In this document: piece after piece, positions 1 through 14,659 of the stretch
Position numbering within the stretch: the stretch's first letter is position 1
Layout of the letters: each line of letters starts with the position of its first letter
Assembly (NCBI RefSeq): GCF_009914755.1
Contig: NC_060947.1
Strand: one strand, 5' to 3'
DNA length: 64,000 nucleotides
From: the human T2T-CHM13v2.0 reference genome, Homo sapiens
Notes under the pieces: generated by a model
Told to the model about the DNA's origin: nothing
The model's database searches: none
What the model saw: the letters and a program-made list of their open reading frames with translations, nothing else
Translations under genes and position numbers: made by a program

Positions 1-198
1 GATAAAGAGTAAAACTCTGTTGATGTGCTGTATGCAAAAGACCCATCTCACATGCAAAGACACACACAGACTCAAAATAAAGTGGTGGAAAATAATTTAC
101 CAAGCAAATGGAAAATAGAAAAAGCAGGGGTTGCAATCAGAGTTTCTGACAAAATAGACTTTAAGACAACAAAGATTAAAAAAAAAAAAAAAAAAAAA

Positions 199-565
<367 letters not shown>

Positions 566-709
566 CTATCCTAAATATATATGCACCCAATGCAGGAGCA
601 CCCAGATTCATAAAACAAGTTCTTACAGACCTACAAAGAGACTTAGACTCCCACACAATAATAGTGGGAGAATTTAACACCCCACTGTCAATATTAGACA
701 GATCACTGA

Positions 710-1260
<551 letters not shown>

Positions 1261-4200
1261 TCAAAATGACACAGCTACATGAAAATTGAATAAACTGCTC
1301 TTGAATGACTTCTGGGTAAATAACAACATTAAGGCAGAAATCAATAAGTTCTTTGAAACTAATGAGAACAAAGAAATGACCTACCAGAATCTCTGGGACA
1401 CAGCTAAAGCAGTGTTAAGAGGGAAATTTGTAACACTAAATACCCACATCAAAAACCTAGAAACATCTCAAATCTACATCATAACATCACAATTAAAGGA
1501 ACTAGAGAACCAAGAGAAAAAAAAATTAAAAACCCAAAGCTATCAGAAGACAAGAAATAACCAAGCTCAGAGTGGAACTGAAGGAGATAGACACACAAAA
1601 ATTTCCTCCAAAAAAATCAATGAATCCAGAAGCTGGTTTTTGAAAAAATTAATGAAATAAATAGACCACTAGCTAGACTAATAAAGAGGAAAAAAGAGAA
1701 GACTCAAATAAGCAAAATAAAAAATGATAAAGGGGACATCACCACTGAACCCACAGAAATACAAACAACCATCAGAGAATACTATAAACACTTCTATGCA
1801 AATAAGCTAGAAAATCTACAAGAAAAGGATAAATTCCTGGACCTATACACCCTCTCAAGACTGAACCAGGAAAAAGTTGAATCTCTGAATAGACCAATAA
1901 CGAGTTCTGAAATTGAGGCAGCAATGAATAGCCTACCAGCCAAAAAAAAGTCCAGGATCAGATGGATTCACAGCTGAATTATACCAGTGGTAGAAAGATG
2001 AGCTGATACCCTTTCTTCTGAAACTATTTCAAACAACTAAAAAGGAAGGACTCCTCCCTAACTCATTTTATGAGGCCAGAATTATCCTGATATGAAAACC
2101 TAGCAGAGATGCAATGAAATGAAAAACAAAAAACAAACAAACAAACAAATAACTGCAGGCCAATATCCCCAATGAACATCAATGCAAAAATTCTCAATAA
2201 AATACTGGCAAACCAAATCCAGCAACACATCAAAAAGCTTTTCCACCATGATCATGTTGGCTTTACCTCCAGGATGCAATGCTGGTTCAACATACACAAA
2301 TCAATAAACGTAATTCATCACAAAAACAGAACGAAAGACAAAAAACACACGATTATATCGATAGATACAGAAAAGGCCTTCAATACAATTCAACACCCCT
2401 TCATGTTAAAAACTCTCAATAAACTAGGTATTGAAGGAACATACTTCAAAATAATAAGAGCCATTTATAGCAAACCCAGAGCCAGTATCATGCTGAATGG
2501 GCAAAAGCTGTAAGCATTCCCCTTGAAAACTGGCAGAAGACAAGGACTCCTATTCACCACTCCTATTCAACATAATATTGGAAGTTCTGGCCAGTGCAAT
2601 CAAGCAAAAGAAAGAAATAAAGCATATTCAAATAGGAAGAGAGGAAGTCAAACTGTCTTTCTTTGCAGATAATATGATCCTATATCTAGAAAACCCCATC
2701 ATCTCAGCCCAAAAGCTTCTTAAGCTGATAAGCAACTTCAGCAATGTATCAGGATACAAAATCAATGTGCAACAGTCACAAGTATTTCTATACACAAAAA
2801 GCAGACAAGGAGAGAGCCATATCATGAATGAACTTCCATTCACAATTGCTACAAAGGGAATCAAATACCTGGGAATACAGCTAACAAGGGATATGGAGGA
2901 CCTCTTCAAGGAGGACTACAAACCACTGCTCAAAGAAGTCAGATAAGACACAAACAAATGGAGAAACATTCCATGCTCATTGATAGGAAAAATCAATATT
3001 ATGAAAATGGCCACACTGCCCAAAATAATTTATAGATTCAATGCTATTCCCATTAAACTACCATTGACATTCTTTGCAGAATTAAAAAAAAAAAAACGAT
3101 TTTAAATCTCATATGGATCCAAAAAAAAGCTTGTATACCCAACACAATTCTAAGCAAAAAGAAAAAAGCTGGTGGCATCATGCTATCCAACTTCAAACTA
3201 TACTACAATGCTACAGTAACCAAAACATCGTGGTACTGGTACAAACACTGATACCTAAACCAATGGAACAGAATAGAGACCTCAGAAATCAGACTGCACA
3301 TCTACAACCATCTGATCTTGAACAAACCTGACAAAAACAAGCAATGGGGAAAGCATTCTCTATTTAATAAATGGTGTGCTAAGATAACTGGCTAGAAATA
3401 GGCAGAAAATTAAAACTGGACCCCTTCCTTACACCTTATACAAAAATTAATTCAAGATGGATTAAAAACCTAAATACAAAATTCCAAACTATAAAAATCC
3501 TAGAAGAAAATCTAAGCAATACCGTTCAGGACATAGGCATGGGCAAAGATTTCATAATGAAATCATCAAAAGCAATTGCAACAAAAGCAAAAATTGACAA
3601 ATGGGAACTAGTTAAGCTAAAGAGCTTCTGCACAGCAAAAGAAACTATCATCAGAGTGGACAGGCCACCTACAGAATGGGAGAAAATGTTTGCAATCTAC
3701 CCATCTGACAAGGGTCTAATATCCAGAATCTACAAGGAACTTAAACAAATTTATAAGAAAAAAAAGACAACCCCATTAAAAAGTCAGTAAAATACATGAA
3801 CAGACAATTTTCAAAAGAAGACATTCACGCAGCCAACAAACATATGAAAAAAAAGCTCAACATCACTGATCATTAGAGAAATGCAAATCAAAACCACAAT
3901 AAGATACCAACTTATGCCAGTCAGAATGGTGATTATTAAAAAGTCAAGAATCAACAGATGCTTGTGAGGTTGCAGATAAATATGAACACTTTACACTGTT
4001 GGCAGAAATATAATTAGTTCAACCATTGTGGAAGACAGTGCAGTGATTCCTCAAAGTTCTAGAGCCAGAAATACCATTTGACCCAACAATCCTATTACTA
4101 GGTATATACTCAAAGGAATATAAATCATTCTATTACAAAGATACATGCACACATACATTCATTATAGCACTATTTACAATAGCAAAGACTTGGAATCAAC

Positions 4201-4630
4201 CCAAATGCCCATCAGTGATAGACTGGATAAAAAAAACATGGTACATATACACAATGGAATACTATGCAGCCATAAAAGGGAACGAGATCATGTCCTTTGC
4301 AGGGACATAGATGGAGCTGGAAAACATTATCCTTAGTAAACTAACGCAGAAACAGAAAACCAGACACCACATGCTCTTGCTTATAAGTGGGAGCTGAACA
4401 ATGAGATCACACAGACACAGGGAGGGAAACAACTCACACTGGGGCCTCTTGGGGGTGTGGTGGGAGGAGGGAGAGCATTAGGAAAAATAGCTAATGCATG
4501 CTGGGCTTAATAGCTAGGTGGCGGATTGATAGGTGCAACAAACCACAATGACACACGTTTACCTATATAACAAACCTGTACATCCTGCACATGCACCTGA
4601 GAACTGAAAATAGAAATAAAAAGTAATTAA

Positions 4631-7205
4631 AAAAATAAAAACAAACATCAGAAACTACCATGAACACCTCTATGCAAGCAAACTAGAAAACTCAGAATAG
4701 ACAGATAAATTCCTGGACCTGTATATCCTCAAAGACTGAACCAGGAAGAAACTGAATTCTTGAATAGACCAAAATGAGCTCCAAAATTGAATCAGTATTA
4801 AATAGCCTACCAACCAAAATAAATAAATAAATAAAGCCCAGGACCAAATGGATTTACAGCAGAATTCAACCAGATGTACAAAGAAGAGTTGATACCATTC
4901 CTACTAAAACTATTCCCCAAAAAATTTAGGAGTAGGGACTTATCCCCAACTCATTCTATGAGGCCAGCATCATCCTGATACCAAAACTTAGCCAAGATAC
5001 AACAATAACAACAAAAACCTCCAGGCATATATGCTTGATGAACATTGGTGCAAAAATCCTCAACAAAATTATTGCAAACTGAACCGAGCAGCACATCAAA
5101 AAGCTAATCCACCATAATCAAATAGGCTTCCTACCTAGGATGCAAGATTGGTTCAGCATTCACAAATCAATAAATGTGATTCATCGCACAAACAGAACTA
5201 AAGACAGAAACCACATGATTATCTCAATAGATGAAGAACATGATTTCAATACAATTCAACATCCTTTCATGTTAAAAACTCTCAAAAAACTAGGTACTGA
5301 AGGAACATTCCTCAAAACCGTAAGAGCCATCTATCACAAACCCACAGCCAACATCATACTGAATGGACAAAAGCTGGAATTATTACCCTTGAAAACAGTC
5401 ACAAGACAAGGATGCCCTCTCTTACCACTTCTATTCGACATAGTATTGGAAGTCTTAACAAGAGCAATCAGGCAAGAGAGAGAAATAAAGTGCTTCCAAA
5501 TGTGAAGAGAGGAGATCAAACTATCCCTGTTTGCAGATAACTTAATTCTATATCTAGAAAACCCCATAGTCTTAGTAAAAAAGCTCCTTCAGCTGATAAA
5601 CAACTTCAGCAAAATTTTAGGATACAAAGTCAACATACAGAAATCACTAACATTTGTATACAATAACAACAGCCGAGCTGAGAGCCAAATCAGGAATGCA
5701 ATCCCACTCACAATTGCCACAAAAAGAATAAAATACTTAGAAATACAGCTATCCAGGGAGGTGAAAGAGTTCTAAAATGAGAATTACAAAACACTGCTCA
5801 AATAAATTAGACATGACACAAAGAAATGAAAAAAAAATTCCATGCTCATGGATAAGAAGAATCAATATTATTAAAATGGCCATACTGTCCCAAACAATTT
5901 ACAGATTCAATGGTATTTCTATCAAACTACAAATGACATTCTTCACAGAACTAGAAAAAGAAATTATTTTAAAATTCATATGGAACCAAAAAAGAGCCTG
6001 AATAGCTAAGACAATCTTAAGCAAAAAGAACAAAGCTGGAGACTTCACGTTACCCAATTTCAAACTATACTACACAGCTTCAGTAACCAAAAGAGCATGG
6101 TACTTGTACAAAAACAGACACATAGACCAGTGAAACAAAATAGCCCAGAAATACGGCTGCGCACCTACAACCATCTGATCATCAACAAAGCTGACAAAAA
6201 TGAGCAACGGGGAAGGACTCCCTATTCAATAAATGGTGCTCGGATAACCGGTTAGCCAAATGCAGAATATTGAAACTGGACCCCTTTCTTACATCATATA
6301 TGAAAATCAACTAAAGATAGATTAAAGACTTAAATGTAAAACCCCAAACTGTGAAAATCCTGGAAGACAATCTAGGCAATACCATTCTGGACATAAGAAT
6401 GGGCAAAGATTTCATGACAAAGACGTCAAAAGCAATTGCAGCATAAGCAAAAATGACAAATGGCATCTAATTATACTAAAGAACTTCTGCACAGCAAAAG
6501 AAAGTATCAACAGAGTAAACAGACAACCTTTGGAATGGGAGAAAATATTTGCAAACTATACATCTGACAAAGGTCTAAGATCTAGCATGTATAATGAACT
6601 TAAACAAATTTATTAAAAAAAGGAAAAGGGCATGAACAGGCACATCTCAAAATAAGGCATACACATAGCCAACAAGCATATTAATATAAATCAAGCATAG
6701 GAATAGAAACCATTCTACCATAAAACCCCATGCACACAAATGTTCATTGATTGCAGCACTCTTCACAATAGCAAAGATATGAAATCCACCTAAATGCCCA
6801 TTAATGACAGATTAGATAAAGAAATTGTGGATATACACCATGGAATACTGTGCAGGCATGAAAAAAGAACAAGAACATGAATTGTGTGGGAACATGGATG
6901 GAGCTGGAGACCATTGTCCTTAGCAAACTAACACAGGAACAGAAAACCAAATATCACATGTTCTCACTTATAAGTGGAAGCTTATAAGTGAAATGATGAG
7001 AACTCAAGGACACAAAGAGGGGGAAAACAGACATTGGGGCCTACTTGAGAGTGGAGGGTGGGAAGAAATAAACTAATTAAAATAAAAGTAATAACTATTT
7101 GTACTTGGCTTAGCACTTGGGTGATAACATAATCTGTACAACAAAACCCCATGACATGAGTTTACCTATGAACCTGCACATGTACCCCGGAACCTAAAAT
7201 AATAG
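4631..7205 (+). mobile_element. Second, older LINE-1 (L1PA15/16-like): 3' two-thirds of ORF2 plus 3'UTR, with an internal deletion near 6682-6700
   Basis: ORF 5140-5505 ([14 protein letters not shown]...[19 protein letters not shown]) is L1 RT; the 3' end reads AACCTGCACATGTACCCCGGAACCTAAAAT. Confidence 0.93.
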
Positions 7206-7217
7206 TTTTTTTTTTAA

Positions 7218-7388
7218 GCTTCTACCCCTTTAGCCAACATCTCCTCATTTCCTCCTCTCCTCATCCCCTGGTGAACATCATTCTACTCTCTGCTGCTATG
7301 AATTTGACTTGCTTAGATTCCACATATAAGTGAGATCATACAGTATCTGTCTTTCTCCATCTTGCTTCTTTCACTTAACATAATGTTC
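7218..7388 (-). mobile_element. L1M (L1MA/MB) 3'UTR fragment
   Basis: CATTCTACTCTCTG...TAGATTCCACATATAAGTGAGATCATACAGTAT...TTTCACTTAACATAATG is the reverse-strand L1M 3' motif. Confidence 0.8.
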
Positions 7389-7484
7389 ATTCTATTGAAT
7401 TCTCTCATAGTAGCTTGCATGTTTTTCTTCATTGAGCTTATCAAACTATATTATTATGTATTGTTTTATTTCATTTTGTGTTTC

Positions 7485-7857
7485 TATATCAGAAAACCTG
7501 AAATTGAGTAATCATAAAGAACAGAAATTTATTTCATGCGGTTTTGGATGCTGGGAAGTTTAAGGTTGAGGGACCTGAATCTAGCAAGGGCCTTCTTGAT
7601 CCATCATCCCTTGTTGGAAGCCACAAGGTTAAAGGTGCACGTATGAGAATAGGGTTGGGGAGGGCAATCTCATCCTTTTATTAGAAACCTTCTTCAATGA
7701 TAACCAACCCCCTTTTGCAATAGGACAATTAATCCATTTACGAGGCAAAGTCATCATTACCTAATCACCTGTTAAATGTCCCACTGCTCAATGTCATTGC
7801 ATTGGGGATTAAATTTCCAACACATGAACTTTGGGAGATACATTGAAACTACAGGAT
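7485..7857 (-). mobile_element. MaLR solo LTR (MSTD/MLT1A-like)
   Basis: AAAGAACAGAAATTTATTT...GCTGGGAAGTTTAAGG...CCTAATCACCT...TTTCCAACACATGAACTTTGGGAGATACATT. Confidence 0.8.
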
Positions 7858-7894
7858 GTATATTTTGTAAGGTTCACGTCTGTCTGTCTGTTTC

Positions 7895-8005
7895 CCCCTG
7901 TGAACCGTAAACTCCATAATGGCAGAAACTGTTTCCATGTTCCCAGCTCCTAGCAGAGTGTCTGATGCAATTCTGTTATTCAATATTGAATAAATGTATG
8001 AATGT
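7895..8005 (+). mobile_element. L2 3' end fragment
   Basis: GTAAACTCCAT..GGCAG...CCCAGCTCCTAGCAGAGTGTCTG...TTGAATAAATGTATGAATG. Confidence 0.6.
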
Positions 8006-8769
8006 AGATGTAAGACTTAATTTAAAAATACTCCTAGAAGACATAAACAACTTCATTTAAGTTGACACTAAGATCTAAATAACTAGTGTTTATTCTCTCC
8101 TGAAAGTACCTTTGAATGGGTGAGGACAGAGCACCAGAAACATAGGTGACTGAGAGGAAGAGGAAAAGGTGAAAAATGGGGTAGTAGAAGCCAGATATAA
8201 TACAAGCTAGGCCTCTGTCCCACCAGGCCACGGCCACCAGCCTGCCCTGATTGACTGAGCCGCTGGATGGGCTACCATCTCACGAGGTGCCATCTTTTCA
8301 TTTGTGAATCTATTTCACATGAGCACACAATACAGATGTTAAAGTCTGAGAGTTGAAGGTTTCAAAATTTGTTTTCACAAAACTGTCAGCTAGCTTCACT
8401 TTTCTCTTCTGAGGCTTATAAACTGACAAGACTGACAAGCATGCTGCCTTCCATCTTTGAAATGGACATATAGAGTTGGGGGAAAGTATACTGAATATAT
8501 TTACACAGGTGACATCTTTTTTTAAGCCAAAGTAAATAGCCATCAATTAGTTCTTATTGACAGCCTTCTCTCCCTGAACCGCAAGCACACAGTGGAATTT
8601 CCTGGCACAGTTATCACACATTCAGTCACTTAGCGATGACATGTGAGGGTGGGGCGTGTACCACCCCTGCCTGGATTTGTGCTTGCAAAAAGTTTTTGCT
8701 TTCTCACAGAAAGGTTGATGTTTTCAACTTTTAAGGCTTGCCATTTTATTTTTTTTCCTAGACCTGTTA

Positions 8770-8878
8770 TTTTTTTTCTTCAACTTTTATTTGAAGTTCT
8801 GGGGTACGTGTGAGTAATATGCAGGATTGCTACATAGGTAAATGTTTGCCATGGTGGTTTGCTGCAAAGATCAACCCA
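8770..8878 (-). mobile_element. Very short 5'-truncated L1PA 3' end
   Basis: TTTTCTTCAACTTTTATTTGAAGTTCTGGGGTAC...GCCATGGTGGTTTGCTGCA..ATCAACCC; degraded TSD-like flanks (cctgttattt / cctgtgatattt). Confidence 0.8.
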
Positions 8879-8987
8879 GGCCTGTGATATTTTATTGAAG
8901 CATTTTAGGCTTTAAGAAAATAATCTTGTTATAGAACTGGACTGCTTGGAGAGAGTGGTAATAAGCTTGGTGGACTTTGGATTTAGG

Positions 8988-9218
8988 GACTAACAAATAT
9001 TGAGTCTTTAATATGTCCCAAGCACTTTATATATATCGTCTCATTTACGCTCCAAAAGTGCCCTAGAGACAGATATCTTTCACATTTTGGAGTTTAAAAA
9101 GTAAAGTTCATAGAGGTTTCCAACCCAATATTACACATCCAGCAAGTAGCAAAGAATCATTCAAACCCAAGTCTATCTGACTGTAAACCTCAGGGACTTT
9201 TCATTGTACTACACTACT
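8988..9218 (-). mobile_element. MIR
   Basis: MIR-like order of motifs: ATTGAG..TATGTCCCAAGCAC...TCTCATTTA...AGAGGTT...TTCAAACCCAAGTCTATCTGACT. Confidence 0.65.
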
Positions 9219-9819
9219 TCTTAGATATATAAACAATGAAGAATTATACCTATAAAAATTAAAACAATATCAATTATGCCACCCAGCTATTTTTGTCTAA
9301 AACACATCTGTTCTTCTCATCTCACAGAATTAATCAATTTGGAATTATGCCAATATTTTATTTCCATTTTAATCACTGTACAAATGTAGAAACAGAGGTA
9401 GCATCAAGGTATTGAGGAAAGCAATACTGAAAGATTATTTGAGGTTAGGACTATTATCATTTACCTCTTAGTATCCCCAATACCAAGCATATGTCCCGAC
9501 TCACGATAAAGGTTCAACAATATTTGAGTGAGAAAAAAAAACATTTTGATCTAAGAACTACTCTTAGTAGCAAGAACCCTTGAAACCTTAGAGAATTTGG
9601 TCTACATTCTGCTGAGAGAGGGATCACTGCACTTCCAGATAAATAAACTGTGAATAGACCCAAATATGGATGGATGCTCTCACATTCCCAATACACAAAC
9701 TTATAATGACAATAAAATCAATTACCAGGTAATAAAGCTTAGAGAATTGCACAAGTACTGTTTCTCTCATACCTAACTTCTCAGGAAAGGACACCACCAT
9801 TCTTTGGTCTCCCAAGCAG

Positions 9820-10090
9820 GCATTTATTAAGCATCTATTAGCAGTAGTCACTATGCTAGTCACTGAAAATACAATAACGAATGAACCTAGAATGCTACAT
9901 CCAGAGAACTCACAACCTAGTTGGTAAGTTATGCCCATAAGCATTATTATTTTTCAAGAAATGTAACAAAGAGTAATGGTAGACTTATACGCAGATTATT
10001 TTAGAAAACTAGAGAAAGGACATCTGACCAACCTGGAGTATGAGGGAAGACTTCCTGGAGGAGCTGACACCTAAAATAAATGTAGATGGA
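9820..10090 (-). mobile_element. L2 fragment
   Basis: CATTTATTAAGCATCTA...GAACTCACAACCTAG...AGGGAAGACTTCCTGGAGGAG. Confidence 0.65.
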
Positions 10091-10317
10091 TCTATGCCAA
10101 GAAAGACATAGATTTGTAAGTGATCACTATGCAATTAGGGGTCAAAATTGTGAAACTAGATGAGAACTCTAATGAAAATTAATAGGATAAGAATGATCTT
10201 GGGCTTAGAATGTAACCCTAGAAAATGGCAACATTTGAGAAATAAACACATCAAAAAAGAGACTATAAGGAAACAGAGGAGAAGCAGAGACAGGAGAACT
10301 AAAAGAGCATAGTGCTA

Positions 10318-10780
10318 CTTGAATGTTCGTAGCAGCTTTATTTGTAGTAGCCAAAGACTGGAAACAACTCAAACGTACAACAGCAGGTGAATGGCTAAAC
10401 AAACTCTGGTACATCCATACAATAAAACACTGATCATCAATCAAAAGGAATGAACTGCTTATATATAAAACAACAAGAATGAGTTGCAAAAACATTATAG
10501 TAATTGAAAAAAGCCAGACACAAAGGAGTAAAACTGTATGGTTTCTTTTGTTGTAAATATTTTAAAGGACAAATCTGATCTATAGTGACAGAAAGCAGAT
10601 CAGCAATTTCCTGGAGCTGGATGGTGGGAGGGGGGCAGGGGAGGACTGATTGCAAAGGTGCAAGAGGGATCTTTTTGAGATGAAGAAAATGTTCTATATC
10701 TTGATTGTAATGGTGACTACAGGAATATGCATATTTGTCAAACTCAATGAACTGTACACTTAAAATGGGAAGTTCATTTC
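10318..10780 (+). mobile_element. L1M (L1ME/MD-like) 3' fragment
   Basis: GAATGTTCGTAGCAGCTTTATTTGTAGTAGCCAAAGACTGGAAACAAC...AACTGTACACTTAAAATGG. Confidence 0.85.
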
Positions 10781-11389
10781 CTCTTGCTTCTACTCCCCTT
10801 ACCCCCACAGCCACTTCTGCCGTTCATCACACAGTGGGGTGCTCATCATCACAGTGGGGTACCTGGGTCCCTAGATACCTGCCAGATATTGAAATGTAAA
10901 GACTTTACAGATAGTCATCAGCCAAAGTAGAATAGAGGGGAAGGTTACTGAATTTGAGGAGGTAAAGAATCTTTGAGGGAAAACATGTCTTATATGTAAT
11001 ACATGCTTCATAAATGACTACCAGATACATAAAAAGAGAGATAATTATGGATTCTGCAGATGGCCTGAGAATGATAAGAATTCATTCTGGAAAAAAATCC
11101 TGGAAAGGGTAGACTTTGAAATAAGAATGACTAAACAAAGAAAAATTATTATGGCCAAGAGAATATGGGTAGCCTTCAGCATACCTTCGTTCCTTGAAGA
11201 CTATGTTGATTTGAATACTCACAAGACATTGGGACTGTAAGCCAGGTGCCATAGTTCTTTCTGTTATAACGTGGTAGGGGAGAATTTTAAGTAAAAAAGG
11301 AAGCCATTTTAGTGTTATTATTTAAGCATATTCACTTAAAGTGACTATTAACATATGTATATACTATATATCGAGTGAATCTATATGTC

Positions 11390-11530
11390 TGATTAATTTA
11401 CTCCTCATAACATTATAAAATAGGTACTATTATCATTCCTGTTTTACAGAGGAGGAAAAAGAGCCTGAGAGAGGTTAAGTAACTTACCCAGAGTCACACA
11501 GAGTAAGTAATAGAATTGGGATTCTAAAGT
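11390..11530 (-). mobile_element. MIR
   Basis: Core TTTTACAGAGGAGGAAA..GAGAGGTTAAGTAACTTACCCAGAGTCACACAG. Confidence 0.8.
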
Positions 11531-12660
11531 AGGATAATAAAGACTCTTTAGCGCTTCTCATGTGAACCTGTCTTTAAAGCTCCTTTGTAAATGTTGGATA
11601 TTTTCTCCTTCCCATATCCAAGGAAGTAAGGTTACAAACTGTAAAATTCAATAAGAAATGAAAGGTTTAACCTATCCTATAGTCCACCAGATGGTTTCTC
11701 TTCCTTGTACCAGGTCCATAACTGAAAACCTAGAGCTAGCAAGTAAACAGATGCATGATACTATTAAAAGCTGACACATTGATATTTAACACATCCAAAT
11801 CCAATCTATGACTATTATATGAGCTATATATATTAGTTTTATAATTGAAAAATAAATTAAAAAATTAATAAATAAAATGGAAGGACAAATTCTTTGAAAA
11901 CCACAAACTACCCAAAGGTGATTAAGACGAAATAGACGATCTGAATAGTCCTATACCTTTAAAAAATTTAAACTCATAGTTAGAAGATCCTCCAAAAAGA
12001 AATTTCAAGGCCCAGATAGTTTCACTGAAGAATTCTACTAAACATTTAAATAAACATTGACACCAATTGTGCAAAGTCTCTTCGAGAAAACAGATGAGAC
12101 AGGAACACTTCTCAACTCTTTCTACAAGACCAGTGTTACCCTGATACCAAAACCGCACAGATGGCACAGGAGAAGAAAACTACAGAGCAATATTTCCCAT
12201 GAACTTAGATGCAAAATTCCTTCAACAAAATACTAGCAAACTGAATGCTGCATCATATAAAAAGGATGACACACCATAACCAAGTGGAATGTATTCCAGT
12301 TTTGCAAGGATAGGTCAACTTCAGAAAATCAATTAATGTAATGCATCATATCAATAGAATATAAAGCAAAAACTACATGATCATTGCAATAGATTCGGAA
12401 AAAAACTTTTATCAAAATCCAATACCCTTTCATGATAAAAAGTCCTCATCAAACTAGGAATAGAGGGGAACTTCCTCAACCTGATAAAGAGTATTTACCA
12501 AAACCCTATAGGCAACAACATGATACTTAATACTCAAATACCAGCTGCTTTTCCTCTGAGATCAGAATCAAGACAAGGATGTCCTTCTTATTCATCAGAC
12601 TATTGAAAGCTTTAGACCTTGCAATAAAGCAAGAAAATGAAATAAAAGGTACACAGATCA

Positions 12661-12790
12661 GAGCTGAACATGGTGGCACGTGCATGTAATTCCAAGTACT
12701 TGTGAGACTGGGGCAGGAGGATCCCTTAAGCCAGGAGCTCATGCCCAACCTGGGCAACATAGTGAGAGACCCTACGTCATCAAAAAATAT
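12661..12790 (+). mobile_element. FLAM (free left Alu monomer)
   Basis: Single diverged monomer: GGTGGCACGTGCATGTAATTCC...GGAGGATCCCTTAAGCCAGGAG...CCTGGGCAACATAGTGAGA. Confidence 0.8.
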
Positions 12791-12857
12791 AGAAATTGGA
12801 AAGGAATAAATAAACCTTTCCCTATTTGACGATGACAAGAAAATCTTAAGGAATCTA

Positions 12858-12869
12858 AACACACACATA

Positions 12870-12901
<32 letters not shown>
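12858..12901. repeat. (CA)n microsatellite
   Basis: Directly visible. Confidence 0.9.
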
Positions 12902-13554
12902 TCCCTTCTGAAAACCAAAAATGAGTTCAGCTATATCACAGTATAAAATATCAACCCAGCAAAAAGCTAATTTGAAGAACTATGTAGTAACAATAAACAT
13001 GTTAAAACTAAAATTAAAACATAACACCATTTATAATCAATCCAAATAAAATAGCATACTTAGGTATAAACTTAAGAAACTACATATGATCTGTATGCTA
13101 CAAATTGAAAAATGCTGATGAAATAAATTAAATATCTAAAGAAATAAAGAGGCATACTATATTCATCGATTGGAAGACTCAACACCGTTGTCAATTCTCC
13201 CAAAATTGACCAATAGGATTTTAATGTAATCCCTTTCCAAATCCCAGCAAGGATTTTGTAGATATAAACAAGGTTGTTCTTAAATTTATATAAAAATTCA
13301 CAGGCCCTAGAATAGCTAAAACAGTATTAAAAAAGAAGAATCAAGTGGGATATTAAGGCCCATTATATATCAATAGTATTAAAAACAGTGTGATATTGGC
13401 AGAGAAATTGACACATAGATTGACCGAATGGAATAGAGGACCCAGAAATAGACCCACACAAATATGCCCAACTGATTTTTGAAAAAGAGACAAAAAGAAA
13501 TTTAACGGAGGAAAGATACAGCCTTTTCAACAAATGTTTCTGGAGTAATTGGAC

Positions 13555-13716
13555 AAGAAAAAGAAGAATGAAAAAAGAGGAGGAAGGAAGAGGCAGGTGA
13601 AGGAGTAAATAGAGAGGACAAGGTGAATGGAGTAGGAACAGAAAGGAGAATCAGAGGGGAGTAATAGGAGGAACAAGGAGGAGGAAGGAGAAGGGAGAAG
13701 AAGGAGCAGAAGAAGA
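13555..13716. repeat. GA-rich low-complexity purine tract inside L1
   Basis: About 160 bp of nearly pure A/G (GGA/GAA units). Confidence 0.8.
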
Positions 13717-14353
13717 TTCCCCTAAACCTCATATCTTATTTAGAAAGGAACAAATTAACTTAAAATAGATCACGAGCTTAAATATAAAGCATAAAACTAT
13801 AAAACATTTAGGAAATAAATAGGAGAAACTGTCATTATTTACAATTAGTCAAAGAGTTCTTATGCTGACACCAAAAACAAAAACAATATTCATAAAAAAA
13901 TTATAAACTGGACTTTAACTTAAAACTCTCGCTGTGTGAAAGATCCTCTTTATAGAATGCAAAGACACTGTACAGAGTGGGAGAAACATGCACATATCCA
14001 ACAACAGGATTTGTATCTAGAATATATAAATAACTTAAAAAATTCAACAGTAAGAAAACAATGTAATTTGAAAACGGGCTAAAGACATGCATAGACAGTT
14101 CACCAAAGAGGATATACGGATGGCAAATAAACACAGAACAAGATGTTCAACGTCAACAGCCATTAGGGAAATGCAAATTAAAACCACAATGGGAAATCAT
14201 TACACATCTATCAGAATAGCTAAAATTAAAAATAATGAAAACAACAAATGCTAACTAGGATGCAGATAAACTGGATCAGTGATACATTGTTGGTGGGAAA
14301 GTAAAATGGTACAGCCACTCTGGAAAATAAATTGGCAATTTCTTATAAAACTA

Positions 14354-14659
<306 letters not shown>

